DNA of 64,000 bases from Nitrosopumilaceae archaeon (GTDB lineage: Archaea; Thermoproteota; Nitrososphaeria; Nitrososphaerales; Nitrosopumilaceae): contig JBQTHX010000030.1 in the NCBI GenBank assembly GCA_052389415.1, positions 48,590 through 112,589 on the forward strand. Direction: 5' to 3'. Under the pieces are notes generated by a model. It was not told the origin of the DNA and ran no database searches. It saw nothing but the letters and a program-made list of their open reading frames with translations. Made by a program: the position numbers and the translations under genes. Of this stretch, positions 1 to 9,607 are shown one piece after another; position 1 is the stretch's first letter; the number at the start of each line of letters is the position of its first letter.

Positions 1-1
1 T

Positions 2-541
2 GTAGAAACGACTGTCTCAATTGGAGATGCACTTGCGATAGATATCATTGATCCCAATCCTGTAATTACAAACAACGCACCATCAACATTCCCACTTGGT
101 GAAACTATCGTAACTTGGACTGCTACCGATCAGTTTGGCAATTCTGAAATTACTACACAGATAATCAATGTTCAAGCATGTGGCAGGATAGCATCATCAT
201 ATAATTTGATAATTGGTGGACAAAATGGAGATATATTATCAGGAACAAATCTAGCGGATTTGATATTTGGACTAGCAGGTGCTGATATCGTTACTGGAGA
301 AGAAGGTGATGATTGCATTCTTGCAGGTGACGGAGATGACATTGTGTTTGGTAATGATGGTGATGATACGGTTTCTGGTGATAATGGAAATGATATAATC
401 AGAGGTGGATCTGGAGAAGATAAGTTAAACGGCAATTCTGGATTTGACATTATAGATGGTGGTGACGACCATGATTCCTGTAACACGATAGAGAATACAA
501 GCGATGACATAGTAACAAAATGTGAATCAGGTAACCTTTGA
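2..541 (+). CDS. C-terminal part of a large surface/secreted protein: HYR (Ig-like) domain followed by RTX/hemolysin-type Ca-binding repeats (5' truncated by window edge)
   Basis: Frame is open from base 2: ...NNAPSTFPLGETIVTWTATDQFGNSEITTQIINV (HYR signature), then nonapeptide repeats GLAGADIV, GEEGDDCI, AGDGDDIV, GNDGDDTV, GDNGNDII, GGSGEDKL, GNSGFDII. Confidence 0.8.
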   Translation, partial: VETTVSIGDALAIDIIDPNPVITNNAPSTFPLGETIVTWTATDQFGNSEITTQIINVQACGRIASSYNLIIGGQNGDILSGTNLADLIFGLAGADIVTGEEGDDCILAGDGDDIVFGNDGDDTVSGDNGNDIIRGGSGEDKLNGNSGFDIIDGGDDHDSCNTIENTSDDIVTKCESGNL

Positions 542-596
542 TCCAAAAAGTTATTCCGATCTGATTATAATATTCTAGCATAGATTATAATAATAT

Positions 597-1892
597 GTGA
601 TCCATGTTCCTCTATTGAGTAATTCGAATCGTCTTTTTTTAGAAGCAAAAAAACTCATTCCATCAGGAATAAACAGTCCAGTTAGATTTTATGATCCATA
701 TCCATTTTTTGTAAAAAATGCGAACGGAAATATGATCATGGATGTAGATGGTAATGGATATCTTGATTTCTGTAATGGTTACGGAGCATTACTATTAGGC
801 CATAGAAGAAAAGAAATCCTATCAGCCGTATCATCACAATTAAAAAAAGGCACATTATTTTGTGCACCGACAGATCTTGAGGTAGAATTATCTAAATTGA
901 TAAAATCTAACTTTCCTCTCATGGAAAAGACAAGACTAGTTAATACCGGAGGAGAAGCTACAATGACTGCCATAAGGATTGCACGTGGTTTTACGAAAAG
1001 GAAAAAAATAATAAAATTTGAAGGATGTTATCACGGAGCACATGATTTTGTACTTGTAAAGGCTGGATCAGGTGCAGCTCATCACGGAATTTCTATTTCA
1101 GATGGTGGATTAGAGGAAATTTCTAAAAATACTCTTGTGGTACAATATAACAATCCACATGAACTAGATCTTGTCCTTAAAAAACAAAAAGATGTCGCAT
1201 GTGTAATCATGGAACCAGTACTGGCAAACATGGGTCTTGTTTTGCCCGAAAAAAATTTCCTCCCAGAAGTTAGAAAAATAACAAAAGATCATGACGTGCC
1301 ACTCATATTTGATGAAGTAGTGACTGGATTTAGAATGTCTCCTGGCGGCGCACAAGAATACTTTTCATTAAAACCAGATATTGTGACTCTAGGAAAAGCG
1401 CTTGGTAATGGCTTTGTAATTGCTGCAGTGGGTGGAAAACAGGAGATCATGAACCAACTTGCCCCTCAAGGCAAAGTCTATCAAGCAAGTACATATGCAG
1501 GCAATCCAATTTCAGTAGCTGCTGCGATATCCTCTATCAAAACCATAAACAAATCCAAAAACAAACTCTATCCAAAACTTGACAGGTTTTGTGCTAGTTT
1601 GGCAGATGCAATCCAGGATTTGGCAAATGATCTAAACATTCCTAATCAAGTCAATGCAGTTAGTTCAATGTTTCAAATCTTCTTCACAAAAACCCCCGTG
1701 ACAGATTATATCTCTGCAAAAAAAGCAGATGTACAAAAATTTAAAAAACTATTTCACTCCTTGCTAAAAAATGGTGTCTTTATAGCACCTTCTCAATTTG
1801 AAACTGTTTTCTTGTCAGACGCACACACACAAGATGACTTGAATAAGACAATAGACGCCTATGATAAATCACTCAAAATGGTGAAGAATTGA
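597..1892 (+). CDS. hemL: glutamate-1-semialdehyde 2,1-aminomutase
   Basis: IPSGINSPVR, NTGGEATMTAIRIARG, FEGCYHG, FDEVVTGFR, TLGKALG (PLP Lys), APSQFE; true start may be TTG at 615. Confidence 0.96.
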   Translation: MIHVPLLSNSNRLFLEAKKLIPSGINSPVRFYDPYPFFVKNANGNMIMDVDGNGYLDFCNGYGALLLGHRRKEILSAVSSQLKKGTLFCAPTDLEVELSKLIKSNFPLMEKTRLVNTGGEATMTAIRIARGFTKRKKIIKFEGCYHGAHDFVLVKAGSGAAHHGISISDGGLEEISKNTLVVQYNNPHELDLVLKKQKDVACVIMEPVLANMGLVLPEKNFLPEVRKITKDHDVPLIFDEVVTGFRMSPGGAQEYFSLKPDIVTLGKALGNGFVIAAVGGKQEIMNQLAPQGKVYQASTYAGNPISVAAAISSIKTINKSKNKLYPKLDRFCASLADAIQDLANDLNIPNQVNAVSSMFQIFFTKTPVTDYISAKKADVQKFKKLFHSLLKNGVFIAPSQFETVFLSDAHTQDDLNKTIDAYDKSLKMVKN

Positions 1893-2824
1893 AGTATAAA
1901 ATAGGAACAAGAGGCAGTCTGCTCTCCCTTGCGCAGACTAGGTGGGTTATTTCAGAACTAAGAAAAAAATCTCCTGAAATTACATTTCAAATTGTAACAA
2001 TAAAAACTAAAGGGGATACAGATGCAAGACCACTCTTTACGATCAATCAAAAAGGAATCTTTGAAAAAGAAATAGATCGTGCTGTAATTGAAAAAAAAGT
2101 TGACTTTGCAGTTCACAGCCTCAAAGACGTACCAACTGACTTGCCGGAGGAACTTGTTTTGGCATGCGTTCCAAAAAGGGAGGTTGCAAATGACATCTTC
2201 GTTTCCAAGGATGGCAACTCACTTGTAACGATAAAGAAGGGAGCAATAGTTGGAACAAGTAGTTTACGAAGAGCAGTACAGATATCTAGAATAAGACCAG
2301 ATCTTATTGTAAAACCAATCAGAGGTAACATTGAAACAAGACTAAGAAAAATTGATCAAGGTGAGTTTGACGCTGTTGTACTTGCAGAGGCGGGAATTTT
2401 GAGACTTGGGCTAGATGTAAAATTTGAAAAACTATCAACAAAGGACTTTCCACCTTCTCCTGGTCAAGGTGCTTTGGCAATAGTTTCAAGAAAAGATAAT
2501 TACCCCTTAATTGAACAATTAAAAAAAATAGAAGATCCTGATTCAAGATATGCTATTGAAGCAGAGCGATCACTCTCCATTTTTGTGGACTCTGGCTGCA
2601 GATTTCCAGTTGGTGCATTTGCAGAAAAAAAAGAAGATCATCTAAGCCTCAGTGTAATTGTGTACTCGGTTGATGGCAGTAAATCAATTGCTGTGGAAAC
2701 TGCAGGAAACTTTCTTCAGGCAGCAGAGTTAGGAAAACAGGCTGCTTCAAGGCTAGAGAAAGAGGGGATTGCCGAACTTGCAAAAAATTGGAGAGAAAAA
2801 GTGGAGGAATGGAACAAAAAATGA
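1889..2824 (+). CDS. hemC: hydroxymethylbilane synthase (porphobilinogen deaminase)
   Basis: IGTRGSLLSLAQ, AVHSLKDVP, GTSSLRR, IRGNIETRL, PGQGAL, GCRFPVG. Confidence 0.97.
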   Translation: MKYKIGTRGSLLSLAQTRWVISELRKKSPEITFQIVTIKTKGDTDARPLFTINQKGIFEKEIDRAVIEKKVDFAVHSLKDVPTDLPEELVLACVPKREVANDIFVSKDGNSLVTIKKGAIVGTSSLRRAVQISRIRPDLIVKPIRGNIETRLRKIDQGEFDAVVLAEAGILRLGLDVKFEKLSTKDFPPSPGQGALAIVSRKDNYPLIEQLKKIEDPDSRYAIEAERSLSIFVDSGCRFPVGAFAEKKEDHLSLSVIVYSVDGSKSIAVETAGNFLQAAELGKQAASRLEKEGIAELAKNWREKVEEWNKK

Positions 2825-3564
2825 GTGGACGAGTTTACATTGTTGGGGCAGGTCCTGGTGATCCTAAACTCATTACCATAAAGGCCATAGAGACAATCAA
2901 GAGGGCAGATGTTGTACTTTATGACAGATTAATTAGTAAAGGGATACTGGCAATGATTCCAAAGACTGCTGAAAAAATTTATGTAGGAAGAGAAGTAGGA
3001 GATGATTACAAACATCAAGACACGACAAATGAACTGATGGCAAAACTCGCAAAAAAGAAAAAAAATGTTGTTAGACTCAAGGGTGGTGATCCGTTCATTT
3101 TTGGAAGAGGGGGAGAAGAAGCAGAGTTTCTCAGATCAAATAAAATAAAATATGAATTGGTTCCAGGTATCACATCCGGCATTGGTTCAGCTGAATATTC
3201 TGGAATACCGCTTACGCATAGAGATTATTCTTCGTCTGTTGTTTTTGTAACAGGTCATGAGGACGCAAAAAAAACAAAGACGTCTGTAAAGTGGAAGAAA
3301 CTTGCAACCTCAGTAGATACAATAGTCATAATGATGGGTCTTTCTAGATTAGAAAAAATATGCCAAGATCTAATCTCTGGCGGTTTGGCCAAAAAAACTC
3401 CGGTAGCCGTAATACAAAATGGTACTACTCCAAAACACAGAATGATAATGGGAAATCTCTCCGACATATCACAAAAGGTGCGTCAGGCAAAGATTAAACC
3501 TCCCTCCATAATTGTAGTAGGTAAAGTAGTAAATTTATCAAAAATAATAGGTTCGAGAAAATGA
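2821..3564 (+). CDS. cobA: uroporphyrinogen-III C-methyltransferase
   Basis: VYIVGAGPGDPKLIT, VRLKGGDPFIFGRGGEE, VPGITS, GIPLTHR; ATG at 2821 overlaps the hemC stop (ATGA). Confidence 0.95.
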   Translation: MSGRVYIVGAGPGDPKLITIKAIETIKRADVVLYDRLISKGILAMIPKTAEKIYVGREVGDDYKHQDTTNELMAKLAKKKKNVVRLKGGDPFIFGRGGEEAEFLRSNKIKYELVPGITSGIGSAEYSGIPLTHRDYSSSVVFVTGHEDAKKTKTSVKWKKLATSVDTIVIMMGLSRLEKICQDLISGGLAKKTPVAVIQNGTTPKHRMIMGNLSDISQKVRQAKIKPPSIIVVGKVVNLSKIIGSRK

Positions 3565-4358
3565 TATCTGGAAAAACAGTTGCAATAACTCGTTCAAAGG
3601 AGGATTCTGAAGAGTTTATCGAATTAATAAGAACAGCAAATGCCAAACCAATTCCACTTCCCACGATAGAACTTGTGAGCAAAGGTGAAAAGATAGTAGA
3701 CGAATTCCTATATACTATAAAAAATGATGATCCAGATTTTTCTGTATTTATGAGCTCAAAAGCAGTTAAACTTCTGTTCGATACAGCAAGAAAAATTTTA
3801 AAATTTGAAAACCTTCAACTTGCAATTGCTAATACTACAGTTATCGCTGTAGGGCCTAAAACAAAAGCAGCTCTTGAAAGCGAAGGAATCAGAGTTGCAT
3901 ACACTCCACAACATCGATTCTCCTCAGTAGGTGTCGGTGAAGTTTTTACAAAACTAAATGCTATTGGAAAAAAGGCAATAATTCCAAGAAGTGGCGCATC
4001 TACTCCTTTTCTTGCACAACTTTTAGAAAAAATTGGAGTACAAGTAAAGGAGCTTTATCTCTATGATGTTTGTCCATTTAAAGATCCTTCTCAATGGAAT
4101 GAATTTCGTACACTTTTTTCAGATAACAAGATAGATGGCATAATATTTACAAGCGCATCGTCAGTGAATGCCTTCTTTGAGATAATGCTGGTAGATTATG
4201 ATAAAAAAATGTTATTAGAAAATTTACTAAAAACAAAATTAGTTGCAATTGGTCCATTTACTGCTGATGAGTTAAAAAAATTCGATTTGGTTCCAATTGT
4301 TGCAGATGTTCACACTGTTGCAGGAGCATTTGAAACAATAAAAAATTGTTTTAATTAG
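3561..4358 (+). CDS. hemD: uroporphyrinogen-III synthase
   Basis: VAITRS, AVGPKT, IFTSASSV, AIGPFTA; last gene of the hem cluster. Confidence 0.9.
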   Translation: MISGKTVAITRSKEDSEEFIELIRTANAKPIPLPTIELVSKGEKIVDEFLYTIKNDDPDFSVFMSSKAVKLLFDTARKILKFENLQLAIANTTVIAVGPKTKAALESEGIRVAYTPQHRFSSVGVGEVFTKLNAIGKKAIIPRSGASTPFLAQLLEKIGVQVKELYLYDVCPFKDPSQWNEFRTLFSDNKIDGIIFTSASSVNAFFEIMLVDYDKKMLLENLLKTKLVAIGPFTADELKKFDLVPIVADVHTVAGAFETIKNCFN

Positions 4359-4389
4359 CTTGAGCTATTTAGCTTGACCTACTCCGCTG

Positions 4390-4424
4390 TACAACTCGTA
4401 GCAGTTGTAGAATCTATTTATAAT
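4390..4424 (+). promoter_or_regulatory. suf operon promoter: inverted repeat TACAACT-N6-AGTTGTA upstream of TATA box TTTATAAT
   Basis: Perfect 7-bp arms at 4390-4396 and 4403-4409; TATA at about 4417-4424, roughly 25 nt before ATG 4445. Confidence 0.45.
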
Positions 4425-4435
4425 ATAACGGGGTT

Positions 4436-5845
4436 ATGAACCGCATGACCACTGAAGATCTCAATATGGATTATAGTAAATACGATTTCAAGGATTCTAC
4501 TGAGATGTATGTTTATCTTAGCAAAAAAGGTCTTTCGCGTGGAACAATTGAAGAAATTAGCAAACTAAAAGATGAACCACAATGGATGCTTGATTTTAGA
4601 CTACGCGCATATGATGTTTTTATGAAAAAACCAATGCCAAACTGGGGAGGAGATTTGGACAAAATTGACTTTAACAATATCTATTATTATGCAAAAGCTT
4701 CTGAAAAGACAGAAAAGAGTTGGGACAATGTTCCGGCTGATGTTAAAAATACATTTGATAAGTTAGGAATCCCAGAGGCAGAGAAAAAATTCCTTGCAGG
4801 CGTGGGTGCTCAATATGAATCAGAAGTTGTTTATCATAATTTAAGAGATGACTTGGCAAAACAAGGCGTTAAATTCTTAGATACTGACACTGCTCTAAAA
4901 GAAGAACCTGAAATCTTTAGAAAATATTTTGGTAAAATTATTCCGCCAGAAGATAACAAATTTGCAGCGCTAAATAGTGCAGTCTGGAGTGGAGGATCTT
5001 TTATTTATGTTCCACCAGGAGTTAAGGTGGATCTACCATTACAAGCATACTTTAGAATTAACGCACAAAATATTGGCCAATTTGAAAGAACTTTGATTAT
5101 TGCTGATGAGGGAGCAGAAGTACATTATATAGAAGGATGCACTGCACCAGTTTACTCTTCTGAGTCACTTCATTCTGCTGTAGTAGAGCTTGTTGCACTA
5201 AAGAACGCAAAACTACGATATACAACAATACAAAATTGGAGCAACGATGTTTATAATCTAGTTACAAAACGCGCCTATGCATATGAGGGTGCAAGAGTTG
5301 AATGGATTGACGGGAACATTGGAAGCAAACTGACAATGAAATATCCAGGAATTTACATGCTTGGAGAAAGAGCCCACGGAGAAACACTGTCTATCGCATT
5401 TGCAGGAAAGAACCAACATCAAGATACTGGTGCAAAAATGGTGCACTTGGCACCTAATACAACATCAAGGATTACATCAAAATCAGTTAGTAAAAACAAT
5501 GGAAGAACGACATATCGCGGTCTATTACATGTCGCAAAGGGTGCAACAAATGTCAAGGCTTCTGTGAGATGTGATGCACTGCTCTTAGATGATATCTCAA
5601 AGACTGATACCTATCCATACATGGAGATAAACCAAGAAGATGCTACTGTTACTCATGAAGCAACTGTGGGGAAGATAGGGGACGAACAGATATTTTATCT
5701 CATGAGCAGAGGATTTTCAGAAGAAGACGCATTAACTCTAATCGTAAACGGCTTCATTGAACCATTTACCAAAGAACTTCCAATGGAATATGCAGTAGAA
5801 CTCAATAGATTAGTAAAACTTGAAATGGATGGCTCAGTCGGTTAG
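4436..5845 (+). CDS. sufB: Fe-S cluster assembly scaffold SufB
   Basis: [61 protein letters not shown]; ATG 4445 fits the TATA spacing better. Confidence 0.97.
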   Translation: MNRMTTEDLNMDYSKYDFKDSTEMYVYLSKKGLSRGTIEEISKLKDEPQWMLDFRLRAYDVFMKKPMPNWGGDLDKIDFNNIYYYAKASEKTEKSWDNVPADVKNTFDKLGIPEAEKKFLAGVGAQYESEVVYHNLRDDLAKQGVKFLDTDTALKEEPEIFRKYFGKIIPPEDNKFAALNSAVWSGGSFIYVPPGVKVDLPLQAYFRINAQNIGQFERTLIIADEGAEVHYIEGCTAPVYSSESLHSAVVELVALKNAKLRYTTIQNWSNDVYNLVTKRAYAYEGARVEWIDGNIGSKLTMKYPGIYMLGERAHGETLSIAFAGKNQHQDTGAKMVHLAPNTTSRITSKSVSKNNGRTTYRGLLHVAKGATNVKASVRCDALLLDDISKTDTYPYMEINQEDATVTHEATVGKIGDEQIFYLMSRGFSEEDALTLIVNGFIEPFTKELPMEYAVELNRLVKLEMDGSVG

Positions 5846-5868
5846 ACTGAACTTCGCTTTGATATAAC

Positions 5869-7269
5869 ATGATATCGTTTGTACTATCAAAACTTGACTC
5901 AAGTCATATAGATGAGATATCAGAGGCAAATAATGAACCGTCATGGCTTAAAGATTACAGGAAAAATTCCTTTGCAATTTATAACGAACTTCCTCCAGAA
6001 GTATCTCCACTTTACAACAAATACTCTGATGCAAACAAAATGGATAACGACCAAGTTTCCTTCTCATTAAGCTCAGATAGCACTATTCCAAGTTTTGTAA
6101 AAGATAGATTGGCTGAAATTTCAGATAATCCAAGTGTTATACAGATTGGTACCAACATTCACAAAATAAATCTTGATTCCGAACTGAAATCAAAAGGACT
6201 AGTAATATGTTCTATACACGATGCAATAAAAAATCACTCAGACAAAATCAAAAAATCTCTTGAATTGATAGATCCGAAAAAAGATAAGTTTATTGCTCTA
6301 AATAATACGTTTTTCAACTCCGGTTTTTTCATTTACATACCAAAGAACTTAATTTTAGAAAAACCAATCCATGTGATCTCATCACTTTCTATTGATGGCA
6401 CTTCTACCATTTCACGTAATGTCGTTATAGGCGAGGAAAATAGCAAAGCGACAATAGTTCAAGAATTTTACGCACCTGTAAACACAAAACAGCAAGCTTA
6501 TCTTGAACTTCTAGATGTTGATGTAAGACAAAATAGCGAACTTGAAATTGTCACTTTACAAGCGATGGCACAAAACGCAATCAACTTTTCAACACGTATA
6601 GGAAATATTTCACGTGATGCGCAAATGAATTGGTATCTAGGGTTATTTGGAGCACTGCTTTCTAGATATAAAATAGATAATTACCTAAGGGAAGTTGGTG
6701 CTACTGCAAATGATACAGAGGTTGTATTTGGAAACAAGAATCAGTCGTTTGATATTACATCTAATCTTATACATCTGGCACCATCTACCACAGGCCGGGT
6801 CCTGGAAAAATCTGTTCTAAAGGACACTTCGAAATCTCTATTTAAAGGAATGATTAGGATTGAGGAAAAAGCTAACCACTCAGAATCATATTTAGCTGGA
6901 CATTCTATCTTACTAGATAAAGGGGCTAAATCTGATTCTATACCGGGTCTTGAAATATTTACAAATGATGTGAAAGCAACTCATTCTGCATCAGTAGCTC
7001 AACTAGACAATGAACAAATCTTCTATCTGGGATCCAGGTGTCTTGATAAATCTGAAGCTCAGAAAATCATAGTAGAAGGATTCCTTGAACCACTTTCAAG
7101 AAAGATGTCGCATCAGATACGAGCATGGATTAATTATCTGATAGATTCCAAATGGCTTGGTCGTGATCTTACCATAAAAACAGATGAACAGCTAAAGGCA
7201 ATACTTGAGGTAGAAGAAACAAGATATCGTGAAACTGATATCTTTGAAAGCCACTACAAATACAGGTGA
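5869..7269 (+). CDS. sufD: Fe-S cluster assembly protein SufD
   Basis: SufBD beta-helix; FKGMIRI, PGLEIFTNDVKATHSASV, QIFYLGSR; follows sufB. Confidence 0.93.
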   Translation: MISFVLSKLDSSHIDEISEANNEPSWLKDYRKNSFAIYNELPPEVSPLYNKYSDANKMDNDQVSFSLSSDSTIPSFVKDRLAEISDNPSVIQIGTNIHKINLDSELKSKGLVICSIHDAIKNHSDKIKKSLELIDPKKDKFIALNNTFFNSGFFIYIPKNLILEKPIHVISSLSIDGTSTISRNVVIGEENSKATIVQEFYAPVNTKQQAYLELLDVDVRQNSELEIVTLQAMAQNAINFSTRIGNISRDAQMNWYLGLFGALLSRYKIDNYLREVGATANDTEVVFGNKNQSFDITSNLIHLAPSTTGRVLEKSVLKDTSKSLFKGMIRIEEKANHSESYLAGHSILLDKGAKSDSIPGLEIFTNDVKATHSASVAQLDNEQIFYLGSRCLDKSEAQKIIVEGFLEPLSRKMSHQIRAWINYLIDSKWLGRDLTIKTDEQLKAILEVEETRYRETDIFESHYKYR

Positions 7270-7586
7270 GAAAATTGTCAGATTGGATAAAGGCGTGTAG
7301 TATTCAAAAACTTGGCAGAGGTGAATTATTTGGTTTTGATTATCAAGAAAAGAAACTTCTCTTAACAAATTTTAACGGTAGTATCTTTGCCACAGATAGA
7401 ATTTGTACTCATGCAGAAGCTGATCTTTCAAATGGAATCATAACCGAAAATGGTATAACCTGTCCTCTACATCTCTCTGTTTTTGATCTTAAAACTGGAA
7501 TGCCGCAAAACCCTCCTGCAGAAAAACCACTTAGAACCTACAATGTTAAAATAGAACAAAATGAAATCTATGTAGAGGTAGACTAG
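7266..7586 (+). CDS. Rieske (2Fe-2S) ferredoxin
   Basis: CTHAEADL...ITCPLHLSVFDLKTG Rieske motifs; lies inside the suf operon. Confidence 0.93.
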   Translation: MRKLSDWIKACSIQKLGRGELFGFDYQEKKLLLTNFNGSIFATDRICTHAEADLSNGIITENGITCPLHLSVFDLKTGMPQNPPAEKPLRTYNVKIEQNEIYVEVD

Positions 7587-7589
7587 ATC

Positions 7590-8834
7590 TTGCAAACCAG
7601 CACAATAAATATTGAAAATATTAGAAGAGACTTCCCGATTCTACAACGTAAAGTTCACAATAACAAACCGCTTGTATATTTTGATAATGCAGCTACAACA
7701 CAAAAACCAATTCAAGTGATTGATTCAATTCATAATTATTACCTTAATTATAATTCTAATATTCATAGAGCAGTGCATCAGCTAGCAGAAGAGGCAACTG
7801 CTGCATACGAACTTACTAGAGATAAAGTTGCGAAATTCATTAACACTAAAAATCGTGAAGAACTTATCTTCGTAAGAGGAACCACTGAGGCAATAAACTT
7901 AGTCGCATATTCTTGGGGAAGAAAAAATGTAAAGAAAGACGACATTGTAGTAACCACTGAATATGAACATCATAGCAATATCGTTCCTTGGCAACTTTTG
8001 ACAGAGGAAAAAGAAGCAAAACTAGAATATATCGGAGTAGATGATAATGGTGAATTAATCCTTGATCAACTTGATCGCTATCTTGATACAGGACGAGTAA
8101 AACTTGTTACTTTCAGCCAGATGTCAAATGTTCTGGGTACTATCACAAATACCGAAGAAATAATCAAAAAATGTCATCAAATAGGAGTCAAAGTTCTAGT
8201 TGATGCAGCACAGTCAGTCCCACACATGAAAGTTGACCTACAAAAACTTGATTGTGATTTTTTGGCATTCTCAGCTCATAAAATGCTTGGACCAACTGGC
8301 GTTGGAGTTCTTTGGGTTAGAAAAGAGATCTTGGAAAATATGCAACCATTCAATGGTGGTGGAGATATGATTAGAGAAGTTCACAAGTATGAAACAACTT
8401 GGAATGATCTGCCTTACAAATTTGAGGCCGGAACTCCAAATATTGCAGATGTCATAGGATTTTCAGCAGCCATAGACTATCTAGAAAATTTAGGAATGGA
8501 CAAAGTAAGAGAACATGAAATTGAATTGACAAAATACGCATTGGAACAAATGTCTGCAATAAAAGGTATGAAACTTTACGGTACCTCCGATATGAAAAAG
8601 AGAGGTGGTGTAATTTCATTTAATCTAGGAGACATACATCCACATGATCTTGCCACTATAATAGATGAAGACGGTGTAGCAATACGTTCTGGTCACCACT
8701 GCGCTCAAATCTTGATGGAAAGATTAGATGTTTCTGCAACATCTCGCGCAAGCTTTTATATTTATAATACAAAAGATGAAGTGGATGTTTTTATTAGATC
8801 ACTCAATAGAGCAAGTGAGTTGTTTAGAATTTGA
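7590..8834 (+). CDS. sufS: cysteine desulfurase, SufS type
   Basis: YFDNAATTQKP, EHHSNIVPWQ, FSAHKMLGPTG, RSGHHCAQ (group II catalytic Cys). Confidence 0.97.
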   Translation: MQTSTINIENIRRDFPILQRKVHNNKPLVYFDNAATTQKPIQVIDSIHNYYLNYNSNIHRAVHQLAEEATAAYELTRDKVAKFINTKNREELIFVRGTTEAINLVAYSWGRKNVKKDDIVVTTEYEHHSNIVPWQLLTEEKEAKLEYIGVDDNGELILDQLDRYLDTGRVKLVTFSQMSNVLGTITNTEEIIKKCHQIGVKVLVDAAQSVPHMKVDLQKLDCDFLAFSAHKMLGPTGVGVLWVRKEILENMQPFNGGGDMIREVHKYETTWNDLPYKFEAGTPNIADVIGFSAAIDYLENLGMDKVREHEIELTKYALEQMSAIKGMKLYGTSDMKKRGGVISFNLGDIHPHDLATIIDEDGVAIRSGHHCAQILMERLDVSATSRASFYIYNTKDEVDVFIRSLNRASELFRI

Positions 8835-9271
8835 GTAGTGCAGACATTTATCGAGAAATAATATTAGATTATTATAGAAATCCTAGAAACTTTGGTAAAA
8901 TAGATAATCCAGACATTTCAAAACGTGATAGTAATCCATTATGTGGTGATGAGCTAGAAATGCACATTAATTTAAAAGACAACAAGGTTTCTGATGTAAA
9001 ATTTACAGGAAAAGGTTGTGCAATAAGTCAGGCAAGTGCATCTATGCTTACAGAATTGATCATGGGGAAGGATTTTGATTATGTTAAAAAATTAACAAAA
9101 GAAGATATTCTTGAAAACCTGGGATTGCCAGACCTTGGTCCGGCTAGGATAAAATGTGCACTTCTCTCGCTAAAGGTTCTAAAATATGGGATCTACTCGT
9201 ATGTGTCAGAAAAGCTAAATGACAATACATCTGCAGATAAAATAAAAGAAGAAGCATCTGGTTTATTCTAA
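8831..9271 (+). CDS. sufU: SufU/IscU-type sulfur acceptor/scaffold
   Basis: YREIILDYYRNPRNFG, NPLCGD, GCAISQASAS, ARIKCALL. Confidence 0.92.
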   Translation: MSSADIYREIILDYYRNPRNFGKIDNPDISKRDSNPLCGDELEMHINLKDNKVSDVKFTGKGCAISQASASMLTELIMGKDFDYVKKLTKEDILENLGLPDLGPARIKCALLSLKVLKYGIYSYVSEKLNDNTSADKIKEEASGLF

Positions 9272-9607
9272 TTGTCCAACTGGCCTTCAACACAAATTCT
9301 ATTACAATTAAGAAGGATAATCTTTGATAAATTCAATGATACTGATACACGATTCACAAATGACGAAGTCTTTGATATTTTAAAAACTCAAGACAATGCT
9401 AAAATTTTAACAATAGATGACATGAAACCCTTTTTTGACAAACTTCATCATGACGGATTTCTCAGACCTATAGCGCAAAACTTTACCACACAGTGGTTTA
9501 AACTCTTTAGTGTAGTAGAGTCAAAACACTGCAATTCATGTAACCACGAAATTCACATTGGAAAACTAGAAGAGCAAATCTGTCCATCTTGTAAATCATC
9601 TATTTAG
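9272..9607 (+). CDS. hypothetical protein, predicted winged-helix-like N-terminus plus C-terminal zinc ribbon
   Basis: Starts immediately after the sufU stop; C-terminal CNSC-x13-CPSC. Confidence 0.7.
   Translation: MSNWPSTQILLQLRRIIFDKFNDTDTRFTNDEVFDILKTQDNAKILTIDDMKPFFDKLHHDGFLRPIAQNFTTQWFKLFSVVESKHCNSCNHEIHIGKLEEQICPSCKSSI

Noticed and set aside
563-592. GATTATAATA repeated at a 20-bp period upstream of hemL
   Set aside because: AT-rich and explainable as TATA-like sequence; too weak to call an operator or dual promoter
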